Both the position numbers and the translations under genes were made by a program. The notes below the pieces were generated by a model, which was given only the letters and a program-made list of their open reading frames with translations, searched no databases and was not told where the DNA came from. From Tubiluchus corallicola (lineage: Eukaryota > Animalia > Priapulida), in the NCBI GenBank assembly GCA_030141605.1, contig JAQGDQ010001581.1:1-33920 (forward strand): a stretch of DNA of 33,920 nucleotides, read 5' to 3'. This document shows, piece after piece, positions 11,201 to 20,383 of this stretch (positions are counted from its first letter, which is position 1; each line of letters opens with the position of its first letter).

Positions 11201-13261
11201 AAAGGTGATGATGGATGTGAGTGAAGATGATGCTGGCATATGTTGACGGTGATGATGATGATCAAATAGTGTTACAAAGTAAAAGAATACAGTACAGTAA
11301 TTTATAGGGTTATGTGCATTGTTTATGTGCAAAAACGTAGCGTGTCTTATTGTTTTTTTAAGGAAATACCACTCGTTTGTCTGGCCAACGTTTTACATGG
11401 ATCTATGGTATTCAACAATGCGATAGTTGTCAACAATGCGGCGTTGGAACTTGCACCGAATGTGGTCGTCATTCGCTTCACCATGGCAAACATTTATGCA
11501 GCTAAGGTACGAGACAAATAGAGATCTTTAAACCTTGCGCAGGTTTTGATTAGAGCACAAAAAATGTCCTAATGGTGAAAGTTAGTTAATGCTTAAATAA
11601 TGCAACGATATGACTGTAGATGGCGACATATCATGTACAGCTTTGCTGTGTATATAATTGTAATAGAGATGTTATAGTACATCACAGTAACAGAGCTCAG
11701 GCTTAGTCACCCTCTAATAAACTAAAATTAAATGTATGGCATGTTTGTAAGATTGTTAAAAAGTCAAACTGATTAACCAGGCATTAAAATTCATACCTAT
11801 AGAGCATATGGGTCAGTCAAATATTGCATGTGTTTTTGAAACAGTTGTATAGCAAACGTAACAAGCCATTGTTGATAGTAAGGTGGCTCAAAACAGTCAA
11901 GTGTAGCAAGATTTTGGATGAAATGTGTTCATGAAAATGGTGGAACTTCTGAGAAGCAGTTTTAGGCCATTTGACTTTGTTCATGTAAATTAATTAAAAA
12001 TAATTCAGCATATTGTGCAGCAAGTGCCAGATGACTTGGATGCAATAAGCGTCGAATTCTTAATCATCAAATTAATTTAATCACTAAAATTTTTATAACA
12101 CACCTGGCAATATCTCTGTATGCATGTGAGAAATATCATTTGTCAGCTGTTAGACATCATACGAGCTGTAACGTGTGAGCACTTTCCAACTTACACAAGC
12201 TGTAATGTGTGAGCATTTTCCAGTTCACGCAAGCTGTAACGTGTGAGCGCTTTCCAACTCACACAAGCTGTAATGTGTGAGCACTTTCCAACTTACACAA
12301 GCTGTAATGTGTGAGCACTTTCCAACTCACACAAGCTGTAATGTGTGAGCACTTTCCAACTTACACAAGCTGTAATGTGTGAGCACTTTCCAACTCACAC
12401 AAGCTGTAATGTGTGAGCACTTTCCAACTCACACAAGCTGTAATGTGTGAGCACTTTCCAACTCACACAAGCTGTAATGTGTGAGCACTTTCCAACTCAC
12501 ACAAGCTGTAATGTGTGAGCACTTTCCAACTCACACAAGCTGTAATGTGTGAGCACTTTCCAACTTACACAAGCTGTAATGTGTAAGCACTTTCCAACTC
12601 ATACAAGCTGTAATGTGTGAGCACTTTCCAACTCACACAAGCTGTAATGTGTGAGCGCTTTCCAACTTACACAAGCTGTAATGTGTGAGCACTTTCCAAC
12701 TTACACAAGCTGTAATGTGTGAGCGCTTTCCAACTCACACAAGCTGTAATGTGTGAGCGCTTTCCAACTCACACAAGCTGTAATGTGTGAGCACTTTCCA
12801 ACTCACACAAGCTGTAATGTGTGAGCACTTTCCAACTCACACAAGCTGTAATGTGTGAGCGCTTTCCAACTCACACAAGCTGTAATGTGTGAGCATTTTC
12901 CAACTTACACAAGCTGTAATGTGTGAGCACTTTCCAACTTACACAAGCTGTAACATGTGGGCATTTTATGGCTCACACGAGCTGTAGCATGTGAGCAACT
13001 TCCGACTCACATGTGATGTAACGTGTGAGCATTTTTCAACTTACACAAGCTGTAACATGTGGGTTTTTCCAGCTGATAAATACTGGCATCACATAATCAT
13101 GATTAACATCAATGGTTTTGTAATTTTAGGGAGATTTAGAGGAGGCGGTAAAGTTTTATGAGGCAACACTTTCCCTACAAAGTTCGTTCAAGCCGGCGTA
13201 TGATCGACTCATGTCTATCTTCTGTCACGAGTTACAAGAGGAGGAAGATGATGACGATTAA
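1013..13261 (+). CDS. TTC17: TTC17-like tetratricopeptide repeat protein, 3' portion; join(1013..1137,1364..1490,3036..3198,6853..6927,11014..11133,11363..11506,13130..13261)
   Basis: All junctions are GT-AG and phase compatible. The spliced peptide (STWLAPTTKNVDVTDHIDF...DHLTGI...GTRIALALDQNSTSWVANTMAALYWRVHG...ECLRQALHH...IPLVCLANVLH...FTMANIY...FYEATLSLQ) matches the recalled C-terminal region of vertebrate TTC17 (STWLAVSSKNIDITEHIDF; NQTSWVLSSMAALYWRVKG). 5' exons lie upstream of the window. Confidence 0.9.
1364..1490 (+). CDS. TTC17: TTC17-like exon (NLMILPDSDY...RIDLNQFASTWLAPTTKNV)
   Basis: Polypyrimidine tract plus CAG acceptor; GA|GTAGGT donor; STWLA motif. Confidence 0.88.
1797..2344. 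repeat. Degenerate (GT)n microsatellite, followed by a GA-rich tract to ~2500
   Basis: Direct inspection; explains the six overlapping HT/CV ORFs. Confidence 0.97.
2667..2948. repeat. Tandem duplication, 2 x 141 bp
   Basis: aagtgcaaattatttttg...ctaccttg starts at 2667 and again at 2808, near-identical. Confidence 0.93.
3036..3198 (+). CDS. TTC17: TTC17-like exon (VTDHIDF...EPHC...DHLTGIAGREQLAYIAETGLKD)
   Basis: tttAG acceptor, GAC|GTACGT donor, conserved motif. Confidence 0.9.
3210..4786. repeat. 32-bp minisatellite (gtatttcagtgtctagaaagcctgtagactca), ~49 highly homogeneous copies
   Basis: Period 32, with mainly one A/G variant position; no spacers. Confidence 0.97.
5046..6745. repeat. 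41-bp minisatellite (gaatgtcaaatgacaagtgggaatatcagtgtatatttagg) with 40/42/26-bp variants in the distal part
   Basis: Period 41 in 5046-6060; deletion variants afterwards. Confidence 0.95.
6853..6927 (+). CDS. TTC17: TTC17-like exon (VLEMLGGKKESPGDVGTRIALALDQ)
   Basis: 75 nt, phase 0-0, CAG acceptor and CAG|GTACA donor; GTRIA motif. Too short for the ORF track. Confidence 0.88.
7071..8460 (-). mobile_element. 5'-truncated non-LTR retrotransposon (CR1/L2-group-like LINE): RT C-terminal half, 3' UTR and tandem-repeat tail
   Basis: Open frame from ~8457 to 7492 with GVPQGSVLGPLLFLIYIND, FADDT, KFLG and LWN motifs; on the minus strand it ends in AATAAA followed by (actctctcttga)x2. No TSD recognised. 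Confidence 0.9.
7492..8403 (-). CDS. LINE ORF2 reverse transcriptase fragment (no genuine start codon; frame continues upstream as QTVKYNNAFSDVTTIKCGVPQG)
   Basis: 303-aa ORF in the track with canonical non-LTR RT motifs and no internal stop. Confidence 0.88.
   Translation of the reverse strand: MPQGSVLGPLLFLIYINDIKFCVKNHNLFQFADDTSIFFSFHKIETNIDYINTVLRDLAIWFKTNKLSLNSSKTKYILFRSRNKPIQANHDLIIDHKRITRVKELKFLGLILNEHLDWRPHIFMIRLKISKNIGIISYIKNFLNTEHLLTLYNSLILSYLNYCTTLWGFTYTTNLECLRVLQRKFLRVIFKLDKRSTITTTHFKQCQILLLDDVINFNGCIYMYRTNNNLFPTFFENPVKINVKKYNTRHNEYIPRRCRTNMAKHFISYMGPVLWNRLSRNSKCSHSLLTFKKTVRKEIFQKY
8474..9878. mobile_element. Non-autonomous hAT-like TIR element carrying an internal minisatellite
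   Basis: Degenerate TIRs cagggccgggttat / ataatctgttcctg; flanking 8-mers gttgtata (8466-8473) and gtcgtata (9879-9886) match 7/8, as expected for an 8-bp hAT TSD. Confidence 0.65.
8600..9662. repeat. 19-bp minisatellite (aaacaaggacccttatctc), ~55 copies
   Basis: Period 19; produces the spurious ORF 8563..8901. Confidence 0.96.
11014..11133 (+). CDS. TTC17: TTC17-like exon (NSTSWVANTMAALYWRVHGDAVRAIECLRQALHHVPRHYK), TPR
   Basis: 120 nt, phase 0-0, AAG acceptor after T-tract, AAG|GTACGT donor; strongly conserved TTC17 motif. Confidence 0.93.
11363..11506 (+). CDS. TTC17: TTC17-like exon (EIPLVCLANVLH...FTMANIYAAK), TPR
   Basis: 144 nt, phase 0-0, canonical splice sites. Confidence 0.92.
12161..13061. 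repeat. 34-bp minisatellite (aagctgtaatgtgtgagcactttccaactcacac), ~26 copies, with internal inverted repeat
   Basis: Period 34; tgtgtgag...ctcacaca stem in each unit. Confidence 0.96.
13130..13261 (+). CDS. TTC17: TTC17-like terminal coding exon (GDLEEAVKFYEATLSLQSSFKPAYDRLMSIFCHELQEEEDDDD*)
   Basis: ttttAG acceptor, final TPR helix, TAA at 13259-13261. Confidence 0.9.
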   Translation, partial: GDLEEAVKFYEATLSLQSSFKPAYDRLMSIFCHELQEEEDDDD

Positions 13262-13749
13262 CCCTTTCCCAACTTTCACCACCTGTGCTTAATTGCATTT
13301 GTTTATATTGCATTAATTATTGTTTGTTTGTTTTGTTTGTTTGGAAGATCTGTGATTCCAGTTTTTTATTCGTGTCCACCGAGAGCCTTGATTTGTTTTA
13401 TGTTTTTGCGACAGTTTGAAATTTTGACTTCATTAATCTTTAATCCATACAGCTTCATTTAACTAACAGGTTTTATCATTAAATCATCCGTTCTCTCAGT
13501 CCAAATATCTGAGACTTCTCCTGTTCGATCAGGTAACTTGTATTGCATCATTTACAGCAAATTTAGGAAGCATATTTTCTACTCTAGAAAGTTTATTAAT
13601 TTCTTTCCGGAATTTTGCACTTTTTTTTTAAATGCGCAAATCTTTTAAAAAGTTAAGCTAGCAGTGCTGCTGATGTTACGTATTACACTGGGGCCTTATA
13701 AAACAGCTTGGTACGCACTTAGTACTGAAAGCTTCGTCACGGTTGGCTT

Positions 13750-14625
13750 TAGGGGTGAGCATCGAATTTTCGAACTCGACTGAAAGGATTTTTTTAATTT
13801 GAATTCAATTCAAACCTAATATTATGGATACGAATAATTCGGTACTTGAACAATGTGTTTTTTTATCATTAAAATGTTTTAAACATCATCCAGTCAGAAC
13901 AGTTTAGATCAGGGGTGTGCAAATTATCTGACTAGCCGGGCCACATTAAACTTTCCTGCAATTCCTGTGGGCCACAGGCAGTTTGATCAAGGAGCCAAGT
14001 ACAGAAAGGCCTAATAACGATTTTTTTGCATCCGACCTGCGTACATCATTACTACTACACTCAAGAAACTATTTTAGAAGTTATTAAAATTTATATTACA
14101 AACCATATATTTCTACTTTCAGGACAGATAGTGGTAATTTCATTACAATGCAGATTAGTAATGTGTATCACACAGTCTGTGTAGTACAGTGTTATTAAGC
14201 TACAACCGTCTTGTAAGGGTTAATGGTATCCGATCTAGTAGAAAAAACTACCCGCACTATCTTTGTGATCCTGGCACAGACTTAAGCTGGATACACTCAA
14301 TTCATCGCCCGGGTCGCACTTTCATTAGGTTGACAAATCTTTTCGCGGGCCGCACAAATTCTCTCGGCGGGCCGCAATTTGCACACCCCTGATTTAGATG
14401 CAGGTTCTTTGCTCGATTTTTAACCAAATTATTGTTGCTTTTACTGCCGAACACAATCGAGAAATACGCATGATCTTTGCAAGCCTGCCTTTTATTAACG
14501 ATTCAAAAATCTTTTAGAACTGAATTTGGATTCGAAATCTTGAAATTCTACTTAATTCGAGATCGACAGTTAAAAGTTTGATTCAAATTCGCCTTCTGAT
14601 AGAGAATGTTCATTGCTAATCCCTA
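13750..14625. mobile_element. TTCGAA-rich non-autonomous interspersed element, interrupted by a hAT-type MITE
   Basis: Imperfect termini taggggtgagca / tgctaatcccta; homologous to the inverted copy at ~22214-22608. Confidence 0.6.
13910..14391. mobile_element. hAT (Charlie-like) MITE, 482 bp
   Basis: Perfect 16-bp TIRs caggggtgtgcaaatt / aatttgcacacccctg; subterminal gcgggccgca motifs; 8-bp TSD gtttagat / atttagat (7/8). Confidence 0.9.
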
Positions 14626-15612
14626 TTAGCACAGCACTTGCATTCCTCGCAAACTAGGAACAATGTCTGCTTGCTTCATCTTTGACTAATACCTCTATAA
14701 TTTCTGGAAGGTTGTACAAACTATCAAGTCATGGCCGCTAGGCAAAAACGACACAAATCGGAAATGTTGAGTTTTGTATCTTTGTATCTAAAGATGTAGT
14801 TTTTCTACTATAGAAGATTGTAACTTATTAAAAGTGCCTTATTGTCATTATGCATGAGCAGATTTGCAATTCCGTTTGCTGTTTGCACAACACGTGCCTT
14901 TGCACATGGAAATTGTGTGACAATTTTATATTCAGTTTGCTGAAAGCTTAAAAATGCATTAAAGTACCACGAGTGTACGGACACATGTGAATGGGTAAAG
15001 CAGTAGAATAAAGATGTTATAGATCAAGCAAGCCTGCAAGACTGTACAATTTCTCTCAAATGAAAAGTTACAAACAGGCATGCCTAATCCATATTACAGA
15101 TGTTCATTGGTCATATGTTATGTTTAAAAGAACCATACTTGGTTGGTATACAGGGCAATAATTTTATTTAAATCTTAATTGTCTAACTTTGTACATCTTT
15201 TTTGACACAGTATTTGCTAATTTATGCCAAAGCTACTAATATTATTTTTTCATCATTTTGTCTCCATCACCTTTGAATGATCCTTTTTCCTTTTTTACTA
15301 CCCCCCTACAGTATTAACCTGTCCCTCTGTAGACTGTTTTCACTTTTTTCTGCAGTTAATTTGGGTGATTTAGTTGTTTGTAGGTTAATTGAGGAGGTTT
15401 TTAGTTACGTAACTTATTTAGAGCAGGAAATGGATTTCATTTTAACTGTGTTTTCTATACGGGTTCAATTTCGTCATTTTGGTAAATTTGTGTTGCAAAT
15501 GTGAGAAGCAAGTTATGTATGCTGTGAGTAGATGTGTAATCTTTTTCGTTGGACCAATTATCCACATATGCAAAGTAAGAAATTTTGTACAAACTTTTCC
15601 ACCAGGTACAAC

Positions 15613-16953
15613 GTTTTTCATGTTATACAGTGAATGATTCTGTTTAACAACGAAGTTTTGTAGAAGTTTTGCTGGTTTTCATGTTATACAGTGAATGATT
15701 CTGTTTAGCAACGAAGTTTTGTAGAAGTTTTGCTGTTTTTCATGTTATACAGTGAATGATTCTGTTTAGCAATGAAGTTTTGTAGCAGTTTTGCTGTTTT
15801 TCATGTTATACAGTGAATGATTCTGTTTAACGACGAAGTTTTGTAGAAGTTTTGCTGGTTTTCATGTTATACAGTGAATGATTCTGTTTAACAACCAAGT
15901 TTTGTAGAAGTTTTGCTGGTTTTCATGTTATACAGTGAATGATTCTGTTTAGCAACGAAGTTTTGTAGAAGTTTCGCTGTTTTTCATGTTATACAGTGAA
16001 TGATTCTGTTTAACAACAAAGTTTTGTAGAAGTTTTGCTGTTTTTCATGTTATACAGTGAATGATTCTGTTTAGCAATGAAGTTTTGTAGCAGTTTTGCT
16101 GTTTTTCATGTTATACAGTGAATGATTCTGTTTAACGACGAAGTTTTGTAGAAGTTTTGCTGGTTTTCATGTTATACAGTGAATGATTCTGTTTAACAAC
16201 GAAGTTTTGTAGAAGTTTTGCTGGTTTTCATGCTATACAGTGAATGATTCTGTTTAACAACGAAGTTTTGTAGAAGTTTTGCTGTTTTTCATGTTATACA
16301 GTGAATGATTCTGTTTAGCAATGAAGTTTTGTAGCAGTTTCGCTGGTTTTCATGTTATACAGTGAATGATTCTGTTTAACGACGAAGTTTTGTAGAAGTT
16401 TTGCTGGTTTTCATGTTATACAGTGAATGATTCTATTTAACAACCAAGTTTTGTAAAAGTTTTGCTGGTTTTCATGTTATACAGTGAATGATTCTATTTA
16501 ACAACCAAGTTTTGTAAAAGTTTTGCTGGTTTTCATGTTATACAGTGAATGATTCTGTTTAGCAACGAAATTTTGTAGAAGTTTTGCTGTTTTTCATGTT
16601 ATACTGTGAATGATTCTGTTTAACAACCAAGTTTTGTAGAAGTTTTGCTGGTTTTCATGTTATACAGTGAATGATTCTGTTTAACAACGAAGTTTTGTAG
16701 AAGTTTTGCTGGTTTTCATGTTATACAGTGAATGATTCTGTTTAGCAACGAAGTTTTGTAGAAGTTTTGCTGTTTTTCATGTTATACAGTGAATGATTCT
16801 GTTTAACAACGAAGTTTTGTAGAAGTTTCTCTGTTTTTCATGCTATACAGTGAATGATTCTGTTTAACAACGAAGTTTTGTAGAAGTTTCGCTGTTTTTC
16901 ATGCTATACAGTGAATGATTCTGTTTAACAACGAAGTTTTGTAGAAGTTTTGC
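15613..16953. repeat. 61-bp minisatellite (ttttcatgttatacagtgaatgattctgtttaacaacgaagttttgtagaagttttgctgg), ~22 copies
   Basis: The pattern shifts by 1 base per 60-base line, giving period 61. Confidence 0.96.
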
Positions 16954-19900
16954 TAAGTGCTAGACGTGTGTGCATAGACTACTTTGCTCAATTGTTTAAT
17001 TTATGCAACAGAGACTGTTGAAGTGGTTTTAATCTTTCAGTTTGTTTAGTATGTCGAGTATATTCTTTCAGTATGATGAGTATGTTGAGTATATTCTTTC
17101 AGTATGTTGAGTATATACCGAGTCTGCTCAGTATTTTGAATATATTCATTGTTTCGCCATTGTTGTACTTTATTGTTTGAAGGAAATGGAATAAGTTTCC
17201 ATTCTGTGATGCGAGTGATATGTTTTTTACACGTTGCTATGACAACTTGTTCTTCATTTATAAAGCATTACTAAACTACTTGTCTGTATTGTTATGTATT
17301 TTCTTACAGTCCCATCGCTGCCGTGTTTAACTATATCAAGCGTCTCGTACTTTTTGTGATGCTTTCACGAGGAGTTTTCCTCATGCAATTCCTCGTGAGG
17401 AATTATCCCACCAACTAGAAGCTACGCATCCTCCTCATGAGGAAGATTGAGGCATCATAGAAATACCGCACATTCCATTTTCTTGCTGGATTCATCGCAG
17501 GATTCAAATTAAAATTTAACTGCTCAGTTACTTCTTTCTTGCTTGAACAACACATTTCAGCATAAAATTATATAATTTGACCTCTCCTTTAACAAACAGA
17601 GAAGTTTATGTTTTATTAGTACAACAGAGATGGCTATATTTGTAAAAAACAAAAACAATGCACGCATACATTTATATTATATATGTATACTTTCAGATTT
17701 TGATGTCATTAGTAGAACCTTACTAAAAAAACAAACAGGTCTGGCATTACATTTTCTAATATTATTATTTGCATTTTGTGTATGAGAAATACGGCAACTG
17801 TAATTTAATTTAGACATGATTATACAGTATAAAATGTCAAATTACAAATTTAATGTGGTATCAGAGTTTGTGTAACATCCTGTGACAATAAAATACGTTT
17901 GCAAATTATTTTTGCTTTTATAGATAAGTGTCAGGATTATTATTTCAATTTACAGAGCCAACATTGTACAGGACATTATAAAAAAACAGTGTTTCCGCAA
18001 ACAACATTAAGGCCCGGGGAAGTATCCCCACTTCCCCCCCCCCCCCCCGAAATAGGGCCTGTATACAAGAAATAAAATGCAAAACGATAAAATCCATTAT
18101 CTTACGAAAAATCCGAAGACGAAAATTCCGACAGAGTTTAAAAGCATCAGGGTGTGGAAGTATTTTTATATTTAAATTCTACACATATGCTTCTACTGTT
18201 AGCAAAGCTACGTACTAAATTTCGAAACCCGTGCACGCCCAGGTAGTCTTAATCGTCGTGTCCTTAAGATTGTCCTCTTTTTTCAAAAAAGTTACTGTCT
18301 TCGGAGATTTGATCGATTTTCCGACGCATGTGTGTCGTTTCAGTAGGAAAATTCTATGAGTGGCATGACATTAGTAATCCATAGACTACGTCTCTCTCAG
18401 TTACCTTCTCATTTGCAAACTGTCAACTGTCTACGAAGGTCTTTTCTGTTAACCCATCTCTCTTCTTTTTGTCTGTCAGTCAGATCCCTTCCCTTCTTTC
18501 TCTCTCCCTCGCCTCACTTGCCTCCTCTGTTTCCAAATTATTAACCTGTCTACCAAGCTCTTTTTTTGTTCATACTTTCTATCATTTTTGTCCAAAAATC
18601 ACTCTTTCTCCCATCCTGTTTTTCTCTCATTCTCTCCCAGTTCTTTCTCTATTTGCAAACTGTCGACCTGTCTACTATACTCTTTTTCTTTTCACTCTTT
18701 CTCCTGTATTTATCTGCAGATCACTCTCTCCTCCCTCCCCTTTCTCTCATTCTCTCCCTGTCTTTCTCAGTTCATTCTCTAGTAGCAAACTGCCAGACTG
18801 TCTACCAAACTCTTTTTCACTTCTTTCTCTGACACACACTCTAAAAAGTGTTCAGTTGTGCGCTCGCTTGAATAAATGTGTCTAAACCTGAACATTTTTA
18901 GTAAAATCTGAATTCATATGAAAGAGCATTCCAGGGCCTGGAACCACTAGACCTAACAGAACGGTTTTGAACTATGCTAAGTTTATAAACAAGTTGGTAC
19001 AATTACAAACACCTTCGTTAGATCTTATCCTATAAGATGAATGACGTAAAGAAAGAAGTTCTTAGATGTATTGCTGTCTCGAAGAGCATAATTATGTAAT
19101 GTTCGGAACACATGTTCGGCTAATATTTTAAAAACCATTCGACAATAGACACAATACACTATGTATATTTGCAAATCTAATTTATTTAACTTGAATATTA
19201 GCTACATGTTATAAAAGCACCTGACCCTCAGAACACAACTGCAACAAAAACCCGAAGTTATAGACAAGGCACATCACCGTCAAGTAAAAATAGAGGATTT
19301 AATACATGCATTGTAAATGTGAGAAATTAAAGAGTTTCTGATTCAATAGTTTGAATTTCAAGTATCTGAGGACACGATATTTTAAAATTTACAGAAATTT
19401 ACAATGTGTCGCTAAAACATTTTTGTAACTGCAATATGCATAACGACACTTATTTATTGGAAGGTGCTGCCCTCTACGAGCAGTGCGGGGAGGAAAGGAC
19501 AGGCGGAGAACAATGATGGTCACGTTTTTATTCACAGCAATGTTTTTTGTCGTTATTGTGTTATAGTTAATAACAGCTTTTAGTTATTACCAAATTTGTA
19601 CCTTGAGAAATTTTAAATCTTGACGAAGAGCCAACGATGTAAGTTACATGAATTTAAATAATTTAATTAAGTTTACGAATTCGATCTCTGAAATTTGAGA
19701 AAGTACTTTTACCAATAAGTTGACCTCTTCGTAATTATTAAGCTTCTGTTTATCATTTTATCTATTTTCTCACTTGTTAATGTTCTCTTTATTAGTCTCT
19801 TTAGAATAAACGACTTTGGAACATGAATGAAATAGTGAAGGCTTTCTGTACATACCAATTTTCGTCTGTATGAACTGCAATTTTGAGCCAATAATAGGTA

Positions 19901-20072
19901 ATAAACAGTTCTAAATAAAATACAGAAGATTTATGATAGATTATGATAACACAAAAGAAGCCAATTGAACCCACTTCTACATTTAAACAAGTGAAACCAC
20001 ACAAGTAATATAACCACAAAAACGTAATTACTGTCTTTATAATAATGCAAATTGTAGTGGTGTGATTCTGGA

Positions 20073-20184
20073 TCAAGCTCGAACATCAGGCCACATGACA
20101 TACATGTTGATACCAAGGCAGCCGTTGTTTGATAATCCTCGTCTCATTTTAATGTAGCCGTTGTCTCCCCATCCAGAGCCCCAA
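20073..20184 (-). CDS. Cathepsin exon 9 (WGSGWGDNGYIKMRRGLSNNGCLGINMYVMWPDVRA*)
   Basis: tttcAG acceptor; WG-WG-GY motif; TGA at 20075-20073. Confidence 0.93.
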
Positions 20185-20269
20185 CTGAAAACAACGACAT
20201 TTTTATTCTGGTGTAGGCCTATCATATGATATCACGCAAATGGCTGCAAAATAGGGCCTAAAGTAAGAA

Positions 20270-20302
<33 letters not shown>

Positions 20303-20329
20303 ATGATGATGTTGTTGTTGTTGTTGTTC

Positions 20330-20383
<54 letters not shown>

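Noticed and set aside
18060-19000. CT-rich region with several ORFs and MITE-like motifs
   Set aside because: ORFs are low-complexity F/S/L translations; no convincing TIR pair or TSD found.
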